Of a DNA stretch of 64,000 bases, positions 18,732 to 28,876 are shown piece by piece. The notes beneath the pieces are model-generated. The model saw nothing but the letters and a program-made list of their open reading frames with translations, had not been told where the DNA came from and made no database searches. Source of the stretch: a virus; the IMG/VR virus record IMGVR_UViG_3300045922_000503, positions 35,250-99,249 of that record; one strand, written 5' to 3'. The position numbers and the translations under genes are program-made. Every line of letters begins with the position of its first letter. Position 1 is the stretch's first letter.

Positions 18732-20426
18732 GTGAGAACCAGAATCAGAGTGGCTAAGATCCTAGACGTCGACCCGGCGAAGTTCACCGCTACGATTCAG
18801 TACTTGGGCTCCGAGGGTGTGGTGGGAGATGTCCCCATCAGTTCCCCCTTCCTCGACATCGAGGGAGGGGCGCACAGCGGGGGGATGCCGAGGGCTGGAT
18901 CCTTCTACTTGGTCGTGTTTCCGGAGAACGCTTCTCAGCCGGTGGTGTGGGGAGGATACCCGCTCCCCACCCCCGATGTCGGGCAGGCAGAGGGGATGGA
19001 AGACCGCGAAAGCGCCGCAGGCCCCCGAGACGACTTCTCCAGCTCCAGGGCTTTCATGGCTCCAGGGGACCAAGGCCTGTTCGGGTATGATGGAGCCAAG
19101 GTGGCACTCAGGTCTTCTGGCGTGCTAGAGCTATTCATGGATGAGATGTGCTGGACCCGGTACTTCATGGACCAGCACGCCATCCGGAGCATGGCCCGAG
19201 CGGTGATGCACTCCGGATGGTGGGGAGCTGTCGAGGGCTTCGTCCTCGACGACAACCTGGCGGAAGACGCAGAAGGGGCGCCCACGGGGGCGAGAGTCAT
19301 CATCAAGAACAGGACTCAGGGCGCAGCGCACGTTCTCATGGAGGCAGGGTCCATCCCGGACGAGGCTGGCGTGCAGCTCGCTGGCGTACCCGTACAGGAT
19401 CAGGGGACTCTGTCCGAGGTTTGCATGCGTCTTCTGGTGTACGACCAGGAGACCGCTGACGCCTACCATGACATGGGGCAGTTCCCGCCGGCTGAGCAGG
19501 CTCGGGTCATGATCAAGGTCGACCAGGAGGGCAACTCCCAGGTGCGCCTCATGGGCATGCTTGACCTCATGGTGAAGAGGCTCCTGCTCTCTGTAGAGGA
19601 ACGCGTCGTGGCTGAAGTGCACGGGGCCACGCAGATGATTCTCAACGGGTTGGACATTGAGTCATCCGCGGATGCCCGTGTCGTTTCCGACACCGGCATC
19701 CTTCTCAAGAGCCGGGGGGACGTCCGCATCAGGGCGAGGCGCTTCATCGTCGAGGCGCTCAACGACATCATCGCAACAGAGGGTGCCTGGGGCGTGGACG
19801 CCGGGGGAGCAGTGAGCATCGCCGGCGCCAGCGGGCTCAACCTGCGCTCGGGCCGGGATCTGACGGTCACTGCAGCAGGAGACCGTGCGGACTCCACGGC
19901 AGGGCGCCTCGATGTGCTGGTGTCAGGCCAGGGGCCGCCGTCGTGGAAGACTACAGACACCCCTACGCACAGGACTAGGCTCAGAGAGGGCAAGATGGTG
20001 CTGGAGACTCACAAGGGCTCCGTGGAAATGAAGCTCAACCCCTCCGGGTCTCCGGCCGCGCCGCCCCTATCCGCCATCCGCATCGTCGGGGATCCGACCC
20101 AGCCACACCTGTTAGGGCGTGTTGAGGTCTTGGCCGGCATCCTGGGCACGGGGCTCGTCGCAGATGTCTCCGGCCTCGTCAGCGTCGGCAACGTTGCCGG
20201 AGGCGTACTCATTGACCCTACAGGTCGGGTGCAGCTGGGACTCAGACAAGGCGTGGTGGGGAACGTCGTGACCAGCACCAGCCATCTGGACTACATGACT
20301 GGGCTTCCGCTGAGAGGTGCCCCCGAGGTCGTAGTGGTCAGTGCTCTTCCGGGCATCCCTGCACCCGGCGTCCCGGTAGTCCCGCCGCTCCCCTTCATCC
20401 CTACTCCTGACCTGATCGGCGCATGA
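18732..20426 (+). CDS. Baseplate central spike / gpV-gp5-like protein
   Basis: N-terminal OB-fold-like pattern (KILDVDP..ATIQY..DVPISSP..GMPRAGS.YLVVF); beta-helix-like repeats; C-terminal HLDYMTGLP apex-like segment; SD AGGAG. Confidence 0.6.
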   Translation: MRTRIRVAKILDVDPAKFTATIQYLGSEGVVGDVPISSPFLDIEGGAHSGGMPRAGSFYLVVFPENASQPVVWGGYPLPTPDVGQAEGMEDRESAAGPRDDFSSSRAFMAPGDQGLFGYDGAKVALRSSGVLELFMDEMCWTRYFMDQHAIRSMARAVMHSGWWGAVEGFVLDDNLAEDAEGAPTGARVIIKNRTQGAAHVLMEAGSIPDEAGVQLAGVPVQDQGTLSEVCMRLLVYDQETADAYHDMGQFPPAEQARVMIKVDQEGNSQVRLMGMLDLMVKRLLLSVEERVVAEVHGATQMILNGLDIESSADARVVSDTGILLKSRGDVRIRARRFIVEALNDIIATEGAWGVDAGGAVSIAGASGLNLRSGRDLTVTAAGDRADSTAGRLDVLVSGQGPPSWKTTDTPTHRTRLREGKMVLETHKGSVEMKLNPSGSPAAPPLSAIRIVGDPTQPHLLGRVEVLAGILGTGLVADVSGLVSVGNVAGGVLIDPTGRVQLGLRQGVVGNVVTSTSHLDYMTGLPLRGAPEVVVVSALPGIPAPGVPVVPPLPFIPTPDLIGA

Positions 20427-23400
20427 CAGCACCACTTCGATGGGATCAGGCCGGCGGTGACATCGGCAACCCAGCTGCCCTGCGGGCCGTCATCGGCGGC
20501 CTGCAACAGGCGAGGGACGCGCTTGAAGCGTCCCGCATCCCTGCTCAGATTGTCGCCACGCTGGCAGAGGTGCAGTACTGGCTCGACCTTGCCATGACGC
20601 TGGCCTCGGGGCAGCGGGTCATAGGCATTGCACTGGGTCAGATCCTGATCGACCTCGTTCGGCCCTACCTCAGCGACGGTGCGTACATCCTGGCTCACAC
20701 CAATGTCGCGGATGTCATTCAGCAGCGGGGACTCAGGACTCTGTTGCAGCACGGGCAGGATCCCTTTGCAACCGCAGGGGACCCGCCGCCCTACGCAGGC
20801 GATGTGTTCACAGACCCGCAGTCCCGCCTTCTTGCTGGCGTGCGTGGCAGTTTCTCCTTCGCTCGACAGGTGCGTCGCGTCTCATCTCCCTTGGCACGCA
20901 ACCCTGTTGTCCAGGAGATCCTGACCACCCTAGCCGGAGAGCCACAGCAGAACTTTGACACCTGGCTGCAGGACTTTCTGAACGCGTTCTACGACGAAGC
21001 TGACCCCCTGCGCCCGGTGCTGTACGAGAGCACTGGTCCTCTGACTCCCGGGCAGAGATTCGAGGTTGGTCCCCCGGAGTTCGGCGGGTATATCTTCACC
21101 GTGGAGACAACGGACCCTACTGTGCTGTTTCGCACACTCGGGCAACTGAGGGACTTGTTCCGGACGAGCTCCCCGTCTTTTGTCAACCCGATCTCCATCA
21201 TTCCGCTGGGGGAGGACGAGGAGTACGACTGGAGGCGGGACCTTGCGAACTTCGCCATGTTCAGAGGGCCAGCAAGAGAGCGAATCCGCATGGTGAGCTC
21301 CACGCCGGACTTCCAGCGCCTCTCCACCGCCGACCTGATGCCGCTGGTCGACAGATTCGCCAACCTGCTCAACATCGCGGCTGGATTCGTCGGACCTCCG
21401 CTGCTGGTCAACGTCAACCTCGACTCCATCATCCAGAGTCTGACAGAAACGTACCTGCGCATCCTTCGTATGCTCGACCTGATCATCAGCACCCTGACGC
21501 AGCTTCAAATGCTGCTGTCTGTGCCAGGGGTCAGCATGCTTCGGATCCCGCTCTCCCGCGCCAGCCTCGACAACTTCGTCGCCGACATCTACCGAGCGTC
21601 AAGCACCAGAGACGATCTAGTCCGAGTCGAGGCAACTCCTCCGCTGTTCCGTGAAGGGGCCGTAGACGACCCTACCGTTGAGAACCCTACCGAGTTGGCA
21701 ATCGCCGGTATGCCAGTCGCGTTCGCCAACAGGGCTGTCGACAACTTCCGTCGCACCTGGGCCCGAGGGACGCTCATCCGGGACCGCCGTGTAGAGCAGG
21801 TCCACGGGTCCTATGTGGGCCGGGGCACCATCATGCGACGAAGCGAGGCCCAACGCATTGCAGCTGCCGTGCCCGAGTTTCGGTTCGGGCCCGTCCACAA
21901 CCTGCTCGTGGGGGGTTTGGGAGTCTTCTACCAGCGAGGCCCCCTGTCTCAGTTCCTTGACGGCCTCTTCAACAGAAGCCGGCGCGGGGGAGGTACGGAA
22001 GAGGACCCAGCTTCACCTGAAGACATTGTCGACGAGCTTCGGCAAGTGCAGTCCGCGCTGTCCTCCGCAGTCACTGCTTCTATCCCCCGGCTTAGCGCGG
22101 CCCCGACAGCTCCTGCAGGGTCGCGGGCCAGCGTGGCGGCAGCGCGGGGGCCTGGCAGGGATTCCTTCAGGCTCGATGACCAAGAGACAGACAGGTTCTC
22201 CGACTCGGGCCGCGCCGCCGGCGCGGAGGACGGAGCGGCAGCAGCACAGTTATCCTCCCCTTTGGGGGTGGTGTCGAGGCCTGCCGTAGACACGGCAGTC
22301 TCGGGGGCAGGCACTGGCTTCAGGCGTTGGGGAGCTGTGGCGGTAGACGCTGCCTCAGGGGCAGACCCCGGCACAGACGCCAACGTGGTCGTTGCGGGGT
22401 CTTGGCGACGAGTCGGCAGGATGCTGCCTGAGCGCCCAGATCTTGAGGTTCCGGCTGTCACTGGAGACGGCCCCCCTCTCGGGGCTCCGGGAGGACCCGA
22501 CGACGTTCCTGCGTCGGGGCGGGTCGCGTCGCGCCTGTGGAAACACAGCGCTGTCTCTCAGGTCATCAGCGTGACCGGGGCCAGCTTGGACGGCCCGGTG
22601 CTGACCTGCCCTGGGTTTGGCCCTGCGTTCAGTATGCCGGACAACCCTGGCGCGGGGGATTACCTTTTGGCGGTAGATCTGCGGCTTCGTATTGAGGCGA
22701 CAGCGGAAGAAGTCCGCGTCCGTACGTCGTTGGTCAAGGTGCTTGGCGCCGATCGGTACCTGCTGTCCCACTGCCCGCCCTCTCCCCCTCTCGCCACGCT
22801 GCTCGGGATCACAGTCGTCGAGCGGGCCGACAACTTCCACCCCGCAGACGAGTACCTGGAGGTCGACGCAAGCGGTATGTCTCCAGACGACGTGCTGGCG
22901 GTCTCCGCGTGCGGCCGAAAGGTTCCTCGACCTGGCTTTGCCACCGCCGCTGCCGCAGAAGATGATCGAATCGGCGTGCTCTCCGCTTCCATCATCGTGG
23001 GGACGTACGTCGCCGCAACTTCTCCGGCACTTCCTTCTTCAATGACAGGCCCCTTGGGAGTGCTGGCAGGGCCAGTGAACTCCCCCACGCAGTCTCTGTC
23101 GACATCTTGGGCGACGGGGTCCAAGGTCCGAAGCTGGTCACCAGACGGAGAGCCATCCCCCAGCACAGACCGGCGCATCGCTGCCTCGCAGACGCCTATC
23201 ACGCAGTGGCGGTTCTCTGGAAACTGGGCAAGCGCCATGGCAGTGCTTCCCCTGGCGGGAGGAGTGGTCCTTGGAGCTGGATCTCCCGCCGTGAACGCGC
23301 TGGTCTATGCCCCCTCGAACCCGGCCACTGGCAACCTCTCCACGCTCGGGGCGGTAGTAACTGTTCGGGTGGGCGGGGAGACAACGTGGTCTGGTCCTCT

Positions 23401-24346
23401 TGGGGAAGCGCTGGACGTAGTCCCCCGGACGTCGCATGGGTTCGCTGCGGAGGACCCGGTGACAGTCCTTCAGTGGAAGAGCAGTCTGCCCTTCGACCTT
23501 GCAGGGGCGACCGCTACGGTATGGCTGCCGTCGCGAGACGCCCTGACAGCCACCCCAGGCGCACTCCTCGCCGTCGTGTCGGCCGAGGTAGGGGTGGAGG
23601 TCGAGGAGTTTCGCTCGAGCCAGACTAACCAGGCCGCGTGGGAGCGGCTCCCCTCTACGGTCACGGTAGGGGCGGTGCCTCCGACCCCAGAAGCGGCTGT
23701 CGCCGCCGGGGCTGCCCACAGGCACGCAGACCGGCTCTGGGTGCCAGCTGGCGGCCTTCGAGGTACAGACGTGTTTGCCGGGTCCCCTGCAGGCAATGGC
23801 CGGAGATGGTCCGTGTGCGTCCGGTCCCCAGCGCACTCCGCATCATGGCCGGCAGGCACCCACAGGGTCCTGACCTTGCAGGACAGCTACGTGGACGTGC
23901 AGATCCCTCAGCAGGGAGCCCCTGTCTTCCGCCTAGGAGTTGATGAGAGCGCGGTCTTGTTCCAGGAGATGGAAGTGCCGCTTCGCCCACAGGACTACCT
24001 GCACGTAGGCGTTCGCACAGGCCTGGCAGATCAGGGCCAGTACCGCTGGGGCCTGTTCCTGATGGTGTCAGACCGCACAGACCCGGAGGATGAAGACGCG
24101 AACGTTCTCTGGCAGGCGGAGGTGCTGTCGGACGAGACGCAGAGCGAGCCTATCCTCTCAAGAGCGTGCGAGGGCGGTTCCGTCCTGATGGGAGCGCTGT
24201 ACCCTCTGGGGGAGGACCCGGACGTCAGTGGACACCCTGCCACCTCGCTGGTATCGTCAGACGCGACGCCGGCACTCTCTCATAGCAGCCGGTCTGCCCT
24301 TAGCTGGGTCGTCTACGCAACCCGTACTGTGATCCTCGAGGACTGA
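20423..24346 (+). CDS. Large putative tail/baseplate structural protein
   Basis: ATGA-coupled to the spike gene; beta-strand-rich C-terminal half; very Lys-poor like the other tail proteins. Confidence 0.5.
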   Translation: MTAPLRWDQAGGDIGNPAALRAVIGGLQQARDALEASRIPAQIVATLAEVQYWLDLAMTLASGQRVIGIALGQILIDLVRPYLSDGAYILAHTNVADVIQQRGLRTLLQHGQDPFATAGDPPPYAGDVFTDPQSRLLAGVRGSFSFARQVRRVSSPLARNPVVQEILTTLAGEPQQNFDTWLQDFLNAFYDEADPLRPVLYESTGPLTPGQRFEVGPPEFGGYIFTVETTDPTVLFRTLGQLRDLFRTSSPSFVNPISIIPLGEDEEYDWRRDLANFAMFRGPARERIRMVSSTPDFQRLSTADLMPLVDRFANLLNIAAGFVGPPLLVNVNLDSIIQSLTETYLRILRMLDLIISTLTQLQMLLSVPGVSMLRIPLSRASLDNFVADIYRASSTRDDLVRVEATPPLFREGAVDDPTVENPTELAIAGMPVAFANRAVDNFRRTWARGTLIRDRRVEQVHGSYVGRGTIMRRSEAQRIAAAVPEFRFGPVHNLLVGGLGVFYQRGPLSQFLDGLFNRSRRGGGTEEDPASPEDIVDELRQVQSALSSAVTASIPRLSAAPTAPAGSRASVAAARGPGRDSFRLDDQETDRFSDSGRAAGAEDGAAAAQLSSPLGVVSRPAVDTAVSGAGTGFRRWGAVAVDAASGADPGTDANVVVAGSWRRVGRMLPERPDLEVPAVTGDGPPLGAPGGPDDVPASGRVASRLWKHSAVSQVISVTGASLDGPVLTCPGFGPAFSMPDNPGAGDYLLAVDLRLRIEATAEEVRVRTSLVKVLGADRYLLSHCPPSPPLATLLGITVVERADNFHPADEYLEVDASGMSPDDVLAVSACGRKVPRPGFATAAAAEDDRIGVLSASIIVGTYVAATSPALPSSMTGPLGVLAGPVNSPTQSLSTSWATGSKVRSWSPDGEPSPSTDRRIAASQTPITQWRFSGNWASAMAVLPLAGGVVLGAGSPAVNALVYAPSNPATGNLSTLGAVVTVRVGGETTWSGPLGEALDVVPRTSHGFAAEDPVTVLQWKSSLPFDLAGATATVWLPSRDALTATPGALLAVVSAEVGVEVEEFRSSQTNQAAWERLPSTVTVGAVPPTPEAAVAAGAAHRHADRLWVPAGGLRGTDVFAGSPAGNGRRWSVCVRSPAHSASWPAGTHRVLTLQDSYVDVQIPQQGAPVFRLGVDESAVLFQEMEVPLRPQDYLHVGVRTGLADQGQYRWGLFLMVSDRTDPEDEDANVLWQAEVLSDETQSEPILSRACEGGSVLMGALYPLGEDPDVSGHPATSLVSSDATPALSHSSRSALSWVVYATRTVILED

Positions 24347-24348
24347 CA

Positions 24349-26607
24349 ATGCTCAGGCTCCGTGACTACGCCGCATCCTTTCTCCCCCGCACGAAGACGT
24401 CTCAGTACCACCGCGTCGACATGGGGGAGAGCGTCGAATCCTGGGGGCAAAGGGCGGGGGAATCGCTCCGACGCCAGCACCCGTGGACGGGCAAGTACGA
24501 TGTTCGGGTCGAGATTACGACCACGGACGACGTGGCCAACGCCATCGGGTACTTCTACCTTCTGCCCCGGCAGATCCCCCCGAATATGATCGGCATGGAC
24601 ACCCTGCCATCCGTGCGGGTGCCCATCATCATCGCAGACCGCAAACTTCTCCCTCTGGACACCTACATTCACCAAGAGACGTTCCTTCCGCTCAGTGAAG
24701 ACCGGGTGCGCTCGATTCTGTCCACTGGTGACATCTTCATGCCGGTCACCCACCACGAGGTCGAGCAGATCCGCGACGCAGAGCTCGGCCTGCGCGGGGT
24801 ATCTTCCTCTTCCGTCTTCGGAGGAGCGGGCGGCATGCTGCTGGGGCACTCCGTCAAGTCGGCGTCCGTGAGCATGGAGACCGCCGAGCGGCTTGGAATG
24901 GGGCACTTGCTGGCCTGGGCGCGAGAGCTTCCATCCAGCCACGTGCTCAACGACGTCCTGACGCCGGAGGAGGCGGGCAACCCATGGGTCCGCGCGCAGG
25001 TGCACGCCAAGACAAGCTCGGCGGCTCAGAACATTCCTTTCTCCGCAGAAGACAGCATTCGGGTCTGGGCGCGCAACGCCAACAGCCCCAGCCGGATGCA
25101 GCCGCTGCTGGAGAAGATGAGCCAGCTTCGTGGCTATGAGGTCCGGCGCTCTGGCGTCGACGGAGTGATGTCGTACCGGCCCATCTGGGCAGTGTCCCCA
25201 GTCGACGGCAAAGCGGGCTACGGGGACTGGACCAAGACCTCCATGGCCCGACTTTCCGAGTTGGTCGGACCCAGCTCGCTGGAGCGCGCCCTACCCGTGC
25301 TGGCGGAAATCGGCCAGACCACCATCCCGTGCCCTGAATCGGACACGACTACCCCCCTGCGTGACCTCACTGTTCAGCTGCTGCAGCACGAGCGCGACGC
25401 GGACCTCTGGCTCAAGACGTCGGCGGTAGCCATTCCCGAATCCTCTATCCGCCGGGGAGACGTAGTCCTGTTCGAGGAGGGAGAGTCGAAGTTCTTTCCC
25501 GGCATCAAGATCAGCCAGGTGTTCGGCAACGGGACGTCAGGCGCGACTTACGTCCTAGACGTCTCGACAGAGACCCCTGTCCTACGTGAGGCCCACAGTA
25601 CACTGCGCCCGCTGCTGGTTGCTGGCACAGCCAAGCTCTCCGCCATTCACGCCCCAGCCGGCACCCTTCTAGGTTACAGAAAGGACACGGGTGAGTTGGT
25701 AGCAGCTTTCCTGGACCCCCGCGTGATGACCAAGACATCGTCAGGAGCCACGGCAGCCCTGAAGGACGGCGCTGGGTCTGTGACTCTGACAGGCCCCAGT
25801 AGTGGAGTCATTCAGGCAGGAGGTTGGACGCTGCACGTTGATGACGTCTGTGACGTGGTGTCTGTCCCGTCGACCAAGACGTCGGCCTTCGCGGACAAGT
25901 ACCAAGGGCTGACGCATGCGCTGGCCCGCGCGAAGTCCTCTGCGGCACTGCTCGCCGAGGTACAGCCAAAGCTGCGCTTCATGACCTTCAACGCGAAGGA
26001 CGGCACGTTCAACTTCGACACCGACCTGCCCCTAGAGTACCTCTCTCGCGGAAGCGTGAAGGGGTCCAGTGCCCCCGAAGCAGCGGCGACGCTGCTCTGT
26101 ATGGGCATGGGCGCGCACGATGCCCTGGCCTGCGTCAAGCTCGCTGCCGAAGAAGGCAGGAGCCTTTTCCGGTTCTCAGACGCCCCCCTGCGAGCGCAGG
26201 AGGTTCTGCGGAATGGCGACGCGGCCCTTCGAGCGGTCATCGAGACAGCCGAGAGCGTGGCGGAGAAAATCAGCATGGCTCGGGGCGCTGCTACGTCGGC
26301 TACTCTTCAAGCTCTGGCCGTCATGGCGACCTATGACAGCAGCGTGCTCGCGAAGACGAGCTCCACCGGCTCTGGAACGTCACTGGACGTATTGTTGTCT
26401 CTGGACTTCCTGAGCAGGGACAACATTCTGAAGTTCGCCAACTTTCTGCCTATCATCGAGCAGTGCCAGGGGTACCTCTGCGCCCTGCGCATCGCCAGTC
26501 GACTTGGCCTTGACGAAGTCTCCGAATCAGCGTGTACCAGTGCCATTGACTCCATGGAGCCCATCATCTTCGGGCTCAGGTCGATTAGGCACGTACTTCG
26601 GAGCTGA
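24349..26607 (+). CDS. Putative head/core protein rich in K-x-S sites
   Basis: About 13 K-x-S/A sites (KTSQ, KTSS x3, KMSQ, KTSM, KTSA x2, KLSA, KSSA, KISM); helical C-terminal domain. Confidence 0.65.
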   Translation: MLRLRDYAASFLPRTKTSQYHRVDMGESVESWGQRAGESLRRQHPWTGKYDVRVEITTTDDVANAIGYFYLLPRQIPPNMIGMDTLPSVRVPIIIADRKLLPLDTYIHQETFLPLSEDRVRSILSTGDIFMPVTHHEVEQIRDAELGLRGVSSSSVFGGAGGMLLGHSVKSASVSMETAERLGMGHLLAWARELPSSHVLNDVLTPEEAGNPWVRAQVHAKTSSAAQNIPFSAEDSIRVWARNANSPSRMQPLLEKMSQLRGYEVRRSGVDGVMSYRPIWAVSPVDGKAGYGDWTKTSMARLSELVGPSSLERALPVLAEIGQTTIPCPESDTTTPLRDLTVQLLQHERDADLWLKTSAVAIPESSIRRGDVVLFEEGESKFFPGIKISQVFGNGTSGATYVLDVSTETPVLREAHSTLRPLLVAGTAKLSAIHAPAGTLLGYRKDTGELVAAFLDPRVMTKTSSGATAALKDGAGSVTLTGPSSGVIQAGGWTLHVDDVCDVVSVPSTKTSAFADKYQGLTHALARAKSSAALLAEVQPKLRFMTFNAKDGTFNFDTDLPLEYLSRGSVKGSSAPEAAATLLCMGMGAHDALACVKLAAEEGRSLFRFSDAPLRAQEVLRNGDAALRAVIETAESVAEKISMARGAATSATLQALAVMATYDSSVLAKTSSTGSGTSLDVLLSLDFLSRDNILKFANFLPIIEQCQGYLCALRIASRLGLDEVSESACTSAIDSMEPIIFGLRSIRHVLRS

Positions 26608-26609
26608 GG

Positions 26610-27737
26610 ATGGCGAGATCCGCAGGGACGCCCTTTCACATTCAGGTCAAGGCGCTGCTCTACCGAGGGGAGAGCGACGAGGCCATCGAAGCGGTCTTTC
26701 GGCACACCGTTGGCACCGCCATGACGACCTTCATCATGACTGAAGTAGCTGATCTTCGTCGGTGGGGCCGGGTGCCTAACCACATCGAGGCGCAGCAGGG
26801 CGCGCCCGCTACATGGCCCAAGGTCAGTGCGCTGGACGCCCGCCAGTTTGTGGACGTGGCTGACCCAGAGCTCCGCCCTTGGCAGTACGCCTACAGATAC
26901 AACCTGCCTCATTGGGCTACCGCTGCAGGCAAAGCGCAGTGGGGTAGAGCGAGCCAGCTGTGGGCCAATTCAGACGTGAGGCAGCTTCTGTGCACGCTGC
27001 TGCTGTGCAGGGATGTGGACGACAGCAAGGCACTGGCCACCGCCAAGCTCTACTACCCGTACGTGATGTCGCGGTACAATAAGGCCGACGTCTCTGCATT
27101 CCGGACGCTGTACTGGGACTTCTCCGGCTGGAGCATGTCTACGCTTCTCTCGTTCTTGGAAGTCGACGCTGACTTCAAAGGGGCGCGGTACGCGGTCGCC
27201 CTGGGGAAGGAAGCAGCGCTTTTCGCCTTGGGGCTCATCTCCTTGGACATGCGGCATGAGCAGATGTTCCAAGCGGTGCGCAACCACTCCTACCTCCATC
27301 TCACCAAGATGGCGGTGCTGGACGACAGGTTCAACCCTCGGGACTACAAGGAGATGTACGCTGTCTTCCAGTCTGCGGTGCAGTACCTGGACGGCAAGAT
27401 GGACAATGACGAGTTGCCGTTCGAGGAATACGTGAGCAACATGAAGCTCATCGAGGAGGAGGACTTTGCATCCTTGGACGAGATCGTAGCGGGCGCCAGC
27501 CGTGGCGCTGACCAAGAGCTTGTCCTGTTGGCGAGGCGCAACGGTCGCTTGACGGAGTCCGATGCCGCCTACCACATGATCGCAATTGAAAAGGGCGCGT
27601 GGCCGGACCGCCACAGGCAGCACGTCCGTTCTCTTCTGTCTCTTGACGACGAGCCTGAAGACACAGCAGACGTACCGTTGGCCACTCCGGTTCGGAAGGC
27701 TAAGAAAATGGGTACCAAGAGAAGGAGCGCAGGATGA
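26610..27737 (+). CDS. Hypothetical protein (possible terminase small subunit)
   Basis: Long coupled helical ORF upstream of terL; function suggested by position only. Confidence 0.55.
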   Translation: MARSAGTPFHIQVKALLYRGESDEAIEAVFRHTVGTAMTTFIMTEVADLRRWGRVPNHIEAQQGAPATWPKVSALDARQFVDVADPELRPWQYAYRYNLPHWATAAGKAQWGRASQLWANSDVRQLLCTLLLCRDVDDSKALATAKLYYPYVMSRYNKADVSAFRTLYWDFSGWSMSTLLSFLEVDADFKGARYAVALGKEAALFALGLISLDMRHEQMFQAVRNHSYLHLTKMAVLDDRFNPRDYKEMYAVFQSAVQYLDGKMDNDELPFEEYVSNMKLIEEEDFASLDEIVAGASRGADQELVLLARRNGRLTESDAAYHMIAIEKGAWPDRHRQHVRSLLSLDDEPEDTADVPLATPVRKAKKMGTKRRSAG

Positions 27738-28321
27738 GCGGAATCATACTGGACAGGACAGGCGCTACGTCCACGGGCCTGAGGAGTGCAGAGGAGATGT
27801 CAAATCTCTTCAACGCAGGGAGTGACATCCTGGATTACCGCCCGGACCTGGCAGCCAGCGTCGTGCAGGTGGACGACAGGTTCGTCGCCACGGGGGCGAT
27901 GGCGAACCTGTCGATGAGCGTGTGGGTGGAGGGCGAGGCTGACGTGTTCATCCAGTTCTTCCCCAAGGATCGAGTCAAGCAGTTCTCCTTCCGTTTGGAG
28001 ACCTTTGCGAGGGACAGCGACCGCATCGCCCAAGAGGTTCTGGTCAACGCCATGGGACGGGAAGCCCGGGCGGTCGCGGACTTCTTCCCTGCCTCGGTAG
28101 GGCACATGAGGGAAGCTGTTGGGGCGCGGGGGCTCAACGGCGGCAGGGCTGCGAGGCACCAGGGGATGGACCTCCATCAGGTCACAGTCCTCGGGTTGTT
28201 TCGTCGGCTGAACACGAAGTCGCTGGCGACGGGTAACAGCCGGTGGGCCGAGGTGACGCTGGAGTTCATCCAGCGTCACGACCGCCTAGCCGGAGAGCTC
28301 CAACAGCGCGTTGGTCAGTGA
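27734..28321 (+). CDS. Hypothetical protein
   Basis: ATGA overlap; SD AAGGAG. Confidence 0.65.
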   Translation: MSGIILDRTGATSTGLRSAEEMSNLFNAGSDILDYRPDLAASVVQVDDRFVATGAMANLSMSVWVEGEADVFIQFFPKDRVKQFSFRLETFARDSDRIAQEVLVNAMGREARAVADFFPASVGHMREAVGARGLNGGRAARHQGMDLHQVTVLGLFRRLNTKSLATGNSRWAEVTLEFIQRHDRLAGELQQRVGQ

Positions 28322-28810
28322 CCTCCTGCCGTTCGGGCAGGACGCGCAGTTGGCCTGCGCGTAGCAGGACCACGTCCCCAAGGTGCCCCTGACAGCGGCC
28401 TTGACGCCCTCCCTGGCGGGGGAATCGACCCGCATGTCCTGGTTTTCTTTCACCAGAGTCATGAGGGTGCTCAGCGCCTGCCCCACGGAGCAGCTCACCG
28501 GAAACTGCCTGTTGGGGCCTGTCGCCGCATACTCTGCCAGCAGCGACGACGCAGCGCCCAGATCCAGGTTGAACCCGAGGGCGCGCTCCGCGTCCTCCAG
28601 GAAAAGGTCCCTGCCCCTGCTACACTCCAGGCAGCTGCTCATGGACCGGCAGGCGTCTTCCTCCCCTGGCAAAAGAGTAAGTCCTGCGTTCAATCTGCTG
28701 CCGTCTGGGCAGCCAGGGAAGAACACCCGGTTTTGCCCGTGCTGGATGGAATCCAGCAGCAAGTCCAGCGTCAGCTGGACACGATCTTCTGGCTGGTGGT
28801 ACTTGTGCAC
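28286..28810 (-). CDS. Cys-rich hypothetical protein (putative early gene)
   Basis: SD AGGAGG before GTG; two CxxC motifs; GGCCATAA 33 nt upstream. Confidence 0.65.
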   Translation of the reverse strand: MHKYHQPEDRVQLTLDLLLDSIQHGQNRVFFPGCPDGSRLNAGLTLLPGEEDACRSMSSCLECSRGRDLFLEDAERALGFNLDLGAASSLLAEYAATGPNRQFPVSCSVGQALSTLMTLVKENQDMRVDSPAREGVKAAVRGTLGTWSCYAQANCASCPNGRRSLTNALLELSG

Positions 28811-28843
28811 TCGGCCTCCTGTACGACGTCGTCCTCACAGGTA

Positions 28844-28851
28844 TTATGGCC
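28844..28851 (-). promoter_or_regulatory. GGCCATAA putative phage promoter motif
   Basis: Intergenic, 33 nt upstream of the 28810 start. Confidence 0.6.
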
Positions 28852-28876
28852 ACCCCGGTCCCATCAGATGTGATCC

